NCBI RefSeq assembly: GCF_000375545.1
Contig: NZ_AQXF01000001.1
Coordinates: 989,241 to 1,053,240 of the forward strand
DNA: 64,000 bases
Source of the DNA: Kordiimonas gwangyangensis DSM 19435 = JCM 12864
Lineage (GTDB): Bacteria > Pseudomonadota > Alphaproteobacteria > Sphingomonadales > Kordiimonadaceae
Direction: 5' to 3'
Shown here: piece after piece, positions 49,417 to 57,582 of the stretch
Position numbering within the stretch: position 1 is the stretch's first letter
How the letters are laid out: every line of letters begins with the position of its first letter
Notes under the pieces: model-generated
What the model was told of the DNA's origin: nothing
The model's input: the letters and a program-made list of their open reading frames with translations, nothing else
The model's database searches: none
Translations under genes and position numbers: made by a program

Positions 49417-50445
49417 ATGAGCCAGCAATCATCAGCTAAAACAGTTCTGCTTTTTGCGGGGCAAGGTAGTCATTTTCCGAAAATGGGGTCAGCAGCATTT
49501 GAGGCGGACCCCGTTTTTCGGGACAGGCTATTTTATGCCGATCGCTGCGTGCGCCGCCGCACCGGGGTAAACCTGATCGAGACCATTTTTGGCCCGTCCG
49601 AAGACTGGCTGAACGATATTGCCGTCACCCATCCGGCTATTTTCGCACAGCAATGGGCGGCGGGGGAGAGCCTGAAAAAACGGGGCGTACGGGTTGACGC
49701 GTGTTTAGGGGCCAGCCTAGGCGAATTTGTGGCGCTTGTGCATACCGGAGCCGCGACGTTTGAGCATATTCTCGACCTGATTGTTGGCCAAGCCAGCGCG
49801 GCAAGTAAAATCCTGGAGCCGGGCGGCATGATGACTGTCCTGGCGGGTGCAGGGTTTTTTCATGAGAACCCGGACATTTTTAAAGGCTGTGCGCTCGCGG
49901 CGGATAACTTTGAGCGGCATATCGTGGTGTCCGGTACGCGGCCATCAATTGAGGCTTGCCGTGCAGCGCTCGATAAAATCAGTGTGCCAGCGTTCCTGCT
50001 GAATATTCCGTTCGGATTTCATGGTCCTGCAGTCATGGCCATGCGGCCGGGATTTGATGCAATTGCCTGTGAGATCAGCTTGGGCGGTACAGCATGTCCG
50101 GTGTACGGCTGTAGCCTTGCAGGTGAAAGATGGTATCCGGACGTGGAAAATCTCTGGCGGATCGTAGAAGCGCCCATTCACTTCTCTACAACTGTTTCAA
50201 AGGTTGAAGCCGACCTGAACAGGCCGCGCTACATTGACTGCAGCCCCAGCGGTACGCTTGCCACTCTCCTTCAATATGTTTTGGGTCCCTCAGAACGGGG
50301 GCGGATCAGCGCGCTCTACTCCATGGGCGAAAATTCATCGCCTCTCTCAACGGGCGAGCAAATGGCGGTAAATTCGACGATGGCACCTCAAAGCGCTTGG
50401 CATAACGTGGAAAAAGAGACAGAGTTGCAGGGACTTAGCAGATGA
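49417..50445 (+). CDS. Second acyltransferase-like protein (malonyl-CoA:ACP transacylase fold) with atypical GASLG and FGFHG motifs; possible acyl hydrolase/proofreading or loading AT (GTG at 49414 also possible)
   Basis: LLFAGQGSHFPKMG, CLGASLGEFVALVH, NIPFGFHGPAV. Confidence 0.7.
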   Translation: MSQQSSAKTVLLFAGQGSHFPKMGSAAFEADPVFRDRLFYADRCVRRRTGVNLIETIFGPSEDWLNDIAVTHPAIFAQQWAAGESLKKRGVRVDACLGASLGEFVALVHTGAATFEHILDLIVGQASAASKILEPGGMMTVLAGAGFFHENPDIFKGCALAADNFERHIVVSGTRPSIEACRAALDKISVPAFLLNIPFGFHGPAVMAMRPGFDAIACEISLGGTACPVYGCSLAGERWYPDVENLWRIVEAPIHFSTTVSKVEADLNRPRYIDCSPSGTLATLLQYVLGPSERGRISALYSMGENSSPLSTGEQMAVNSTMAPQSAWHNVEKETELQGLSR

Positions 50446-50461
50446 TCGCGTCAGATTTAAA

Positions 50462-52126
50462 ATGAAAACAATGTCTCCAGCAAACACGCCAGCCACCCCT
50501 ACCACCAGCTTTATAACGCTGCTGTTGGGTCGGCATAACCGCAACAGAGTTTATCTGCTCGCGTGGCTTTTAGCGGCTGCGCTTTCAAGTGTCGCGACCA
50601 TTGCGCTCGTCACATCCACCGTCGCGGGTGGCACCGAAAATGGTGTCGATTTCCAGTCGCTCGGCATGTTCCTGATCATTGCGGCCGTGTTGATCTACAG
50701 TCAATTCAATGTCACCGGTCTGACGGTTGACACTTGCGAAACCGCCGTCGAAATCCAGCGGCGCGAATTTGCGCTTGCGATCCGCTACGCAGATCTGAAG
50801 ACGGTCGAGGCTCTCAGCACCACCAAGCTCTATGGGCTGTTGAACCGCACTACGGCAATCCTGACCGAAGCCGGACCCCCTGTCATATTTGCGCTGATCA
50901 CCGGCGGAGTGACCACCTGCATTGGCCTCTACACGCTTTACCTGTCGCCGCTGACCTTCATTGTGATCATTGTCACGGTCGCCGCGACCGCCTTCGTCGC
51001 GCGCTACTACATCGAGAGTGCAGCGCCTGACGTCTACAAGGCGCAGGTCACCGAACGTACCTACATGAACCTCTTCATCCAGCTTCTGGATGGGTTGAAG
51101 GAAGTGAAGCTCAACGGTCGGGCGGGGGATGATCTGCAGACCAATTATATCTCGGCAGCCGCTGCAAAAACCCATGCGGAGAAAGACAGCGCCTCCCGTA
51201 CCTCAAGCAAAGCCTATATGACGATCTATGTCGGCTTTTATGTTCTTGTTTCCGCCATCGTCTTCGCGGTGCCTCAATATATCGATAGCGCGGAAACGGT
51301 CAGCAAAATCACCTACATCGCCATTTTCCAGATCGCGACGCTGAACATTGTGCTGCGTGCGATTCCCATGCTCTCGCGCGCCAATCAGGCGTTGGCGGAG
51401 CTTGAACAGGTGAAAGCAACCCTGCGCGATGCCCGTCAAGGTGATGGGGCGGATGTTGCGGCGCTGGCGAGCTTCAAATCCATTGCGCTGGAAGACTGTA
51501 CGGTATCCTTTGATCCGCGCGGGGGAGTACCTGGGTTTGGCCCCGTGTCCGTTAAATTTGAGCCGGGCCAGATCATCGCGGTCAATGGTCCAAACGGATC
51601 CGGTAAAACCACCCTGTTGCGTTTGATTTGCGGGCTTGTTCATCCCGGCAGTGGCCGTCTGCTTGTGGATGGTGAAGAGTTGCATGAGAACCAAGGAAGC
51701 GCCTACCGCAGCCTGTTTGCCGCTGTTTTTCTCGATAGCCACCTTTTCGACCGGTTTTACGGGGTGAGCGAAGAGGAAAAGCAAGCTTTCTACGAGACAG
51801 TGGTTGAGCTTGGTATTGATGAAGGCTTGGTGGCCACGGCCGCGGATCTCAAGCGTCACTTCTCACCGGCTCAAAAGCGCCGGCTTATGCTGGCGTTCGC
51901 CCTGGTTCAAAAACGGCCCGTGCTTATTCTTGACGATATTGAAGCCGGGCAGGATGAGTGGTTCACAAACAAGCTGCATAACGACATACTGCCACGCCTC
52001 AAGCAGGCAGGAACAACCGTTGTGCTGGCGGTTCACCGTGAAGGTGCCCTGACAGAAATGGCTGACCAGATTATCAACCTCCGCCCGCAACCGGCGGGGC
52101 CAACACAGACCGAGAATTCTCTATGA
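50462..52126 (+). CDS. ABC transporter of the cyclic-peptide-exporter (SyrD-like) family, permease-ATPase fusion with degenerate signature motif
   Basis: TM domain then GPNGSGKTT, SPAQKRRLMLAFAL (in place of LSGGQ), LILDDIEAGQDE. Confidence 0.8.
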   Translation: MKTMSPANTPATPTTSFITLLLGRHNRNRVYLLAWLLAAALSSVATIALVTSTVAGGTENGVDFQSLGMFLIIAAVLIYSQFNVTGLTVDTCETAVEIQRREFALAIRYADLKTVEALSTTKLYGLLNRTTAILTEAGPPVIFALITGGVTTCIGLYTLYLSPLTFIVIIVTVAATAFVARYYIESAAPDVYKAQVTERTYMNLFIQLLDGLKEVKLNGRAGDDLQTNYISAAAAKTHAEKDSASRTSSKAYMTIYVGFYVLVSAIVFAVPQYIDSAETVSKITYIAIFQIATLNIVLRAIPMLSRANQALAELEQVKATLRDARQGDGADVAALASFKSIALEDCTVSFDPRGGVPGFGPVSVKFEPGQIIAVNGPNGSGKTTLLRLICGLVHPGSGRLLVDGEELHENQGSAYRSLFAAVFLDSHLFDRFYGVSEEEKQAFYETVVELGIDEGLVATAADLKRHFSPAQKRRLMLAFALVQKRPVLILDDIEAGQDEWFTNKLHNDILPRLKQAGTTVVLAVHREGALTEMADQIINLRPQPAGPTQTENSL

Positions 52127-53634
52127 CTGCCGAAGCGACAAGCACACCGACACCGCCAGCCAAGAAAGCTCGCAGGAAATCACCGCCGAAACATATGGTG
52201 CATGTCATTGGCACCATTCTGGCGATCGGGTTTCTCCTGCTGGTGTTCTGGCGCTATATATTTGTGACCATTCTGCCCGGTAACGTGGGCGTTCTCTACA
52301 GCTGGCTTTTTGGCGGTACCCAAGTCTATTCGGAACTGGGTGAAGGCTTCCACATGAAGCTGCCGTGGAACAGGATCTATGTTTTCGAGACCCGGGTACA
52401 GGCGGCAAATGAAGAAGTTCTCGCGCTCAGTGCCGAAGGTATGGAAGTCCGTGTGAAACTGTCAGTGCTTTTCCGGGTGAAAAGCGACCAAGCTGGTGAG
52501 TTGTTGCAGGGTATCGGACCAGAGTACCGCGAACGTGTTGTCATTCCGCTGACAACAGGTGCGGTGCGGGAAGTACTGTCGCGCTACAATTCAGTTGAGC
52601 TCTATACCAGCAACTACAAACAGCTGGAAAATGACCTCTACCAGATTGTGAAACTGTCTGAATATTCCCAGTATTTTGAATTTACAGACCTCATCATCCG
52701 CGAAATTATCATTCCGCCAGCTATCGCGAACTCTATCGAGGAAAAACTGGTGCAGGAACAAGTTGCTGCGTCCTTCACCTTCCGCCTCGAAGCTGAGCGG
52801 CAGGAGGCGGAGCGGCTTCGGATCAAGGCGCTTGGGGTACAAAACTTCTATTCGATTGTCTCCGGCGCGCTTAACAAAAACCTGCTGACATGGCGCGGCA
52901 TTGAAGCAACTGTGGAACTGGCGAAATCGCCAAACTCCAAAGTCGTAATTGTCGGCTCAGGTGAAAAGCAGTTGCCGCTGATCCTCGGCAGCGACATCCA
53001 TAACCTGCAGCAGGCACCACCAATCAAATCAATGTCTGAGTCAGACGCACCGGCGCTCGATTTTGAGAATCTGCCGCAACTTTTCCCGGAAGATGAGAGT
53101 TCAACAACCGGCGTACAAAAGCCAGCGACTGGCGTTGAAGGCGACGGATCGAAAAAAACAAAGCCGGCAGGAACTCAGCCCGAGGGGGCAGGCCATACAA
53201 AGGCGCAGAAGGTTGACGCCACGAGTGCTGAGGCCGATGGCCTCATTGCGCCAAATGAGGTCGCTGACGGGTTGACCGACACAACAAATACGGACGGCAT
53301 GTTGGCGGAGAAGAATCAGAACGATGGCCTGACCAGCCCAACAGACATCAACGAGGGCACACGGTCGCAGCCAGCTGCGCTGGTTAATCGGCAAATTTCA
53401 GAATCAAACCCCTATTCAGCAGGGCTCACATCCAACAGTCTAGGAGCGAATATCATGCTTCCCTTCCTTCTCGTTATCTATCTGTTCCTGTGTATCGTTG
53501 TTGCCTATTACGGCCGTCACCGCCGCTTCGGATTCGCAGGGGTGTTTGCCATCAGCATTTTGCTGACTCCCTTCCTCGTATTCCTGCTGTCGATCGCGCT
53601 GGATGATGATCACCGGGTGAAGAACAAGCGCTGA
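52123..53634 (+). CDS. SPFH/band-7 (prohibitin/stomatin-like) membrane protein with N-terminal TM, SPFH domain, ~150-aa low-complexity region with xDGLxxxxxx repeats and two C-terminal TM helices
   Basis: ATGA start overlap with the ABC gene; SPFH pattern GNVGVLYSWLFGG...MEVRVKLSVLFRV...coiled-coil; C-terminal LPFLLVIYLFLCIVVAYY and FAGVFAISILLTPFLVFLL. Confidence 0.8.
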   Translation: MTAEATSTPTPPAKKARRKSPPKHMVHVIGTILAIGFLLLVFWRYIFVTILPGNVGVLYSWLFGGTQVYSELGEGFHMKLPWNRIYVFETRVQAANEEVLALSAEGMEVRVKLSVLFRVKSDQAGELLQGIGPEYRERVVIPLTTGAVREVLSRYNSVELYTSNYKQLENDLYQIVKLSEYSQYFEFTDLIIREIIIPPAIANSIEEKLVQEQVAASFTFRLEAERQEAERLRIKALGVQNFYSIVSGALNKNLLTWRGIEATVELAKSPNSKVVIVGSGEKQLPLILGSDIHNLQQAPPIKSMSESDAPALDFENLPQLFPEDESSTTGVQKPATGVEGDGSKKTKPAGTQPEGAGHTKAQKVDATSAEADGLIAPNEVADGLTDTTNTDGMLAEKNQNDGLTSPTDINEGTRSQPAALVNRQISESNPYSAGLTSNSLGANIMLPFLLVIYLFLCIVVAYYGRHRRFGFAGVFAISILLTPFLVFLLSIALDDDHRVKNKR

Positions 53635-53750
53635 TACCTGTTAGCACTTCGCCGTTAGCCGAGCCCCGATGCGAAATGCGCTATTGTTGGGGCCGCTAGG
53701 CTGTCCGCATCTGGCATAGGCCAAAATCACGAATTTTTGGGGAAAAGAAC

Positions 53751-53787
53751 AAGGGCCCAGGAAATGCTTCCTGAGCCCTTTAAATCT
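53751..53787 (+). terminator. Rho-independent terminator candidate after the SPFH gene (AAGGGCCCAGG-loop-CCTGAGCCCTT then TTAAATCTT)
   Basis: 11-bp stem with one mismatch, 8-nt loop, U-rich tail. Confidence 0.4.
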
Positions 53788-53836
53788 TGGTGGAGCCGAT
53801 CGGGATCGAACCGACGACCTCTACACTGCCAGTGTA
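53788..53836 (-). tRNA. tRNA 3-prime-end fragment only (T-arm, acceptor 3-prime strand, CCA); no matching 5-prime half, so not a functional gene - looks like an att-site remnant
   Basis: Reverse complement reads ...GTCGGTTCGATCCCGATCGGCTCCACCA (T-stem GTCGG/CCGAT, T-loop TTCGATC, acceptor CGGCTCC, discriminator A, CCA); complementary GGAGCCG not found upstream. Confidence 0.5.
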
Positions 53837-54165
53837 TACCAATGTAAAGTTGCCTATTGTTTTGAAGTGGTTTTAAACGACTCTAATTATATAATGCTTT
53901 GAATTTATTGAATAAATATTATTTTACTTTTTTGGTCTGTTAACGCCGATCCGTCTCGAATTTTGCTGCCAAATAAAAAAAGTTTAAAAAATGGTCCCAT
54001 TTTTTTTATTGAAAAAATTTTGATATTTCAAGTTTTGATACCTATACAAACTAGAGCTGAGGCTCAAATGAGATGAGCTTTGACACCCAGCAGTCTGTGG
54101 AAAATTCCGGTGCTGAACCGCCTGCAATCAAGAACCCGACCCACCTCATTCGACCGATGCAGTGT

Positions 54166-55482
54166 TCATAGTTCCTGTATTGGTCTGCGGAGCCGCATTT
54201 GAACAGCCTCCGAGATTCTTACCACCACTTCTTCAGGCAGGTCCTGTAGCATTTTTGTCCTGGCGCGCTCGGCCGCGCCATCGGCGGCCTCCTGTATCGA
54301 TGCGTAGATTTCCTCGATCTCGCCGGGGTCCATCGCGGCTGCCTTGCCACTTTGCAGAAAGTGCCGAGGATAGATGGTGTCGATAGGATAATGCCGTCTG
54401 TCGCCAACCGCCATAGCCAGCTTCATCTCCTGCCGGCGCAGTTCATGCCGTGCCAGATTGGGCTCGGCCGACATGATGTCGTAAAAAGGAGTCATCCGGT
54501 ATCCGCCGCCCGGCGCCAGATACAGGCTGAAATTCTTGGCATGCCCGTCAGTTGCCCCCAGGAGCCAAAAAAGCATCTGGGCTTTGAGGAAATGCCGGCG
54601 ATCCTCATCGGCATAGTCGCTGCCGCCCAATAGATGCAGGCATTCGCCGATACCGGGTCCGCCTTCATTATTGTATTTTCGGGTCGCCGGCACGCCAAGA
54701 GCCTGGCAGAAGTCTTCCTGCGGCAAGCGCAGCAACCGGCCATCTTTTGTGTGGCGCCGGTCAAACCTCTCCACGACCAGAACGCGCTTGTCCTCGAAAT
54801 CGATTATCTGGCTACCTGCCACATCGAGGCCAAACTCGGCGCACAGTGTGAGGCAAAAATGCTCATTCTCAACGCTGTCCGACATATCAAGGCCGTTCGG
54901 CAGCTTACCGAGTTGGGGTTTGAGAATGTGGGTGGTCGGTGTGCCCCCTTTCGGTATTTGCCATCCGTTCGTCCATAGAAGAGCCGTCTTCTCCTGAACC
55001 CCTGCAAGCGAGATTCGGAAGTCGCGGTCTTTGTCTGTGCGGATGCCAAGCGGCGCCGTTGCCAGATTGCGGATGATGCCGGCGACTGCTGCGTCATCCA
55101 CCGGTTCCCCTTCGGGGGGACCCGGCGGTGCAATATCGTCTCCGTCCGGTACGAACTGCAGGGCTCCCACACAATCCCGGCCGATTTTATCAAGCATGCT
55201 GAAAGCGTCCGTGCCCTCAGCCCCGACCCTTTCGGCAACTTTGCGTCTGATGGGATCGTTCTCGGGCAGCAGATTGTCAAAATAAGCCAAGACGGGCGCG
55301 CCGACATAGCGCTCTTCGCGAAGAGGCAAGGACAGGGAAACCGGGATAGCCCGCCGCATATCCGCAAGCCAATCGGCTGCATAGGTGAAGCTGACGGCAC
55401 CGTTGTTCGAGCGGTCAAGATTGCCCATATGTCGGCCATTGAGGGCGACCAGGAGGCGGGACGTCCTTTTTTGCCGCGCCAT
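54166..55482 (-). CDS. hipA: HipA-family Ser/Thr kinase toxin (type II toxin-antitoxin)
   Basis: 438 aa; N-terminal HipA-coupling region, catalytic DGHAKNFS motif, overall collinear with E. coli HipA length. Confidence 0.85.
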   Translation of the reverse strand: MARQKRTSRLLVALNGRHMGNLDRSNNGAVSFTYAADWLADMRRAIPVSLSLPLREERYVGAPVLAYFDNLLPENDPIRRKVAERVGAEGTDAFSMLDKIGRDCVGALQFVPDGDDIAPPGPPEGEPVDDAAVAGIIRNLATAPLGIRTDKDRDFRISLAGVQEKTALLWTNGWQIPKGGTPTTHILKPQLGKLPNGLDMSDSVENEHFCLTLCAEFGLDVAGSQIIDFEDKRVLVVERFDRRHTKDGRLLRLPQEDFCQALGVPATRKYNNEGGPGIGECLHLLGGSDYADEDRRHFLKAQMLFWLLGATDGHAKNFSLYLAPGGGYRMTPFYDIMSAEPNLARHELRRQEMKLAMAVGDRRHYPIDTIYPRHFLQSGKAAAMDPGEIEEIYASIQEAADGAAERARTKMLQDLPEEVVVRISEAVQMRLRRPIQEL

Positions 55483-55736
55483 CAGAACAGGTCCTCAATA
55501 TCCTGGGGGGTGCTTTTGCTGCGCGGCTGCAATTGGATTTCAAGATCAAGCACGCGCATAAGCTCAATGATGGTACTGAGCTTTACCGTCTCGAGGCCGT
55601 TCTCGACCTGAGAGACCGTGCTCTGCCTGAGACCAGCACGCTGCGCGAGCGCTGCTTGTGTGAGATTGTGCTTACGACGCCGACGCCGGAGCGCGATCCC
55701 GATATCCTTGGCCGACCTGACAAGCTGATGATCCAT
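55482..55736 (-). CDS. hipB: HipB-like XRE-family HTH antitoxin/repressor
   Basis: 84 aa, HTH LTQAALAQRAGLRQSTVSQVENG; 1-nt overlap with hipA. Confidence 0.75.
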   Translation of the reverse strand: MDHQLVRSAKDIGIALRRRRRKHNLTQAALAQRAGLRQSTVSQVENGLETVKLSTIIELMRVLDLEIQLQPRSKSTPQDIEDLF

Positions 55737-55765
55737 AATTGCCTCATATGATCAGTTAAGACAGC

Positions 55766-55849
55766 ATATACGCTACAGCGCATATTTTTTCAATATACGC
55801 TATAGAGTATAAAGTAGAAATATGCGCTGTAGCGTATAGAGAGCGTGCT
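55766..55849. promoter_or_regulatory. Array of three 20-bp imperfect palindromes ATATACGCTACAGCGCATAT (two copies in inverted orientation plus a degenerate middle copy) immediately upstream of hipB; candidate HipB operators
   Basis: 55766-55785 and 55830-55849 are exact reverse complements; 55793-55811 ATATACGCTATAGAGTATA is a third copy; 30-100 bp upstream of the hipB start. Confidence 0.45.
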
Positions 55850-56315
55850 TGACACCGACTTTGATGGCTGATGTTCTGGTGATGATCCGCGTTCTGGGCC
55901 GAGTTGCCCGCCGAGGATAGGCACTGCAACTGAGGAAATTATCGCCAATCAGTGGCAGGGCCCGAGGAGGCAATTGATTGCAAATATTTGCGAATAGTAT
56001 TGCGAGGCAGTCCTGCCTGCCGTGCAATCTCCCAGATCGATGGAGCTAAGCCCAATCGCTTCTAACGAAGTATAACCAAGTATATCGCAAGCGGACTATA
56101 CATAGTTATACTTGTGTATATTCATGTGCAAGGTTACTCAAAATTGGATGCACACTGGCACGGTAGGCATGGCGGTCCACCTTACGGGGCAGCGAGCAGC
56201 AAATTTCAGGTGTGTGGGCATCATATATGAATGCGGCGCCACCTTCGGGAACTTCCTCAAGATGTCCAACTTTATGCCACATGAGGGTTACGATGCCTTG
56301 TCTGAGAGCTTCCTT

Positions 56316-56408
56316 GGTACCGATTTCCATACCTTGAATGTGTTATGGTATTGGTATGGTATCCTTTTCGGTACCCTTCAACAAAAAGGTATCGATTTCG
56401 ATACCTTG
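56316..56408. repeat. Cluster of GGTAYC/GRTACC palindromic motifs, including two 21-bp direct repeats GGTA(C/T)CGATTTC(C/G)ATACCTTG
   Basis: 56316-56336 and 56388-56408 differ at 2 positions; second copy GGTATCGA-TT-TCGATACC is a perfect 8-bp inverted repeat; GGTATTGGTATGGTATCC in between. Confidence 0.4.
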
Positions 56409-56789
56409 CTTCGGTCGAAAGCTGAAGCAGGTGCCGTTTTCAGAACCAAGGCGACGACTATGTCTAGAGTTCAAGCGAGGGGTTGGCCCAGCGAATGGGT
56501 CACTACACTATAAACCCCAAGGTAAGGGGAAAAGGCAAGGCGAGACGAGCCTCCGTTCTCTGGATCGTGCGCTACCTCCAGGCTCATCACAGCGGCAGAC
56601 CCTACCTTCCAACTGGAAAGAAACCAATTCTCGGGTCTTCCGCCAAGCTACCTTCGGGTTGAATTTATGGCTGCTCGTATTCATCTCTCATGCATGCGCC
56701 ATGATGTTTTACTCGCTGGGACATTGATGCCAATGTATTTCTATTAGGCGCAGCGAGCTCTGAGATATGTATGAAGATTGAGGCCTGCG

Positions 56790-57578
56790 ATGCCGAAGCT
56801 ACCGAACAAAATTCACCCCAACCACCGGGTAGTATCTGTAGCTGGGGATGGACGAACGTTTGTCTGTGGCGATCTTCATGGATGCTACGATGAGCTCCTG
56901 CAGGAAATGCATTATGCTGGCTTCGATAGAGCCCGGGATCACCTTATCGTTCTTGGCGATTTGACGGACCGGGGCATCAAGAATTATGAATGCGTCAAAT
57001 TGCTTGCCGAGCCCTGGTTTCATAGCGTGCTCGGCAATCATGATGAAATGATGCTCAATGCCGTCAATCCTCGCTCCGATAAACATTTCTGGCGCGTCAA
57101 CGGGGGCGGTTGGTTCGATCTGTTGAATGAAGAGCAGCAGGAAGAAGTGCAACATCTCTGTGACCACTATGTCGAGCGCTTACCGCTCAGCATGACCTTG
57201 ATACTGCCTGACGGTTCCCAGATTGGCCTCATGCATGCCGATGCCCCAACTGATTGGTACGCCGCGGCAGAGGGGCGCCAACCACGCATGGAAACCCTAT
57301 GGGGCAGAAGGCGCATTAAGGACAAGGATCAGACTTCAGTTGCCAACGTGGATCTCGTACTGGTCGGCCATACGTCCAATAACGCCATTTTGCGCTTGGG
57401 GAACGTAATCTACCTGGATACAGGCGCGGGCTTCAGAAATGGACGGCTCACCATGGTTGAGATTGGCCAGTCCCTCGAAGAGTTTGAGGCGAACCTTCAG
57501 CAGCGGATCGAGTTGGACCGAAACCGCAACTTTCTGCCCTTCACTTATGAGCCAATTGGCGACTATGAAACAGGATAG
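56790..57578 (+). CDS. PPP-family Ser/Thr protein phosphatase (PrpA/PrpB / lambda-phosphatase-like metallophosphoesterase); ORF is open from TTG 56778, ATG 56790 preferred
   Basis: GDLHG, GDLTDRG, GNHD, VNGGGWF, GHT, LDTGAGF - the PPP signature set; GAGG Shine-Dalgarno 6 nt before ATG 56790. Confidence 0.8.
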   Translation: MPKLPNKIHPNHRVVSVAGDGRTFVCGDLHGCYDELLQEMHYAGFDRARDHLIVLGDLTDRGIKNYECVKLLAEPWFHSVLGNHDEMMLNAVNPRSDKHFWRVNGGGWFDLLNEEQQEEVQHLCDHYVERLPLSMTLILPDGSQIGLMHADAPTDWYAAAEGRQPRMETLWGRRRIKDKDQTSVANVDLVLVGHTSNNAILRLGNVIYLDTGAGFRNGRLTMVEIGQSLEEFEANLQQRIELDRNRNFLPFTYEPIGDYETG

Positions 57579-57582
57579 CCAG

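Noticed and set aside
53788-53880. Possibility of a complete tRNA gene at the island boundary
   Set aside because: Only the T-arm/acceptor 3-prime half is present. The sequence that should pair with the acceptor (GGAGCCG) and any D-arm are absent in the ~90 nt upstream, so it is a fragment, not a gene
56316-56408. CRISPR array
   Set aside because: Only 2-3 irregularly spaced, imperfect copies with no regular spacers and no cas genes; better explained as protein-binding palindromes or IS debris
56106-56513. Overlapping small ORFs 56112-56513 (+) and 56106-56330 (-) in the repeat region
   Set aside because: Mutually overlapping on opposite strands, no Shine-Dalgarno, span the palindromic repeat array; more likely noncoding
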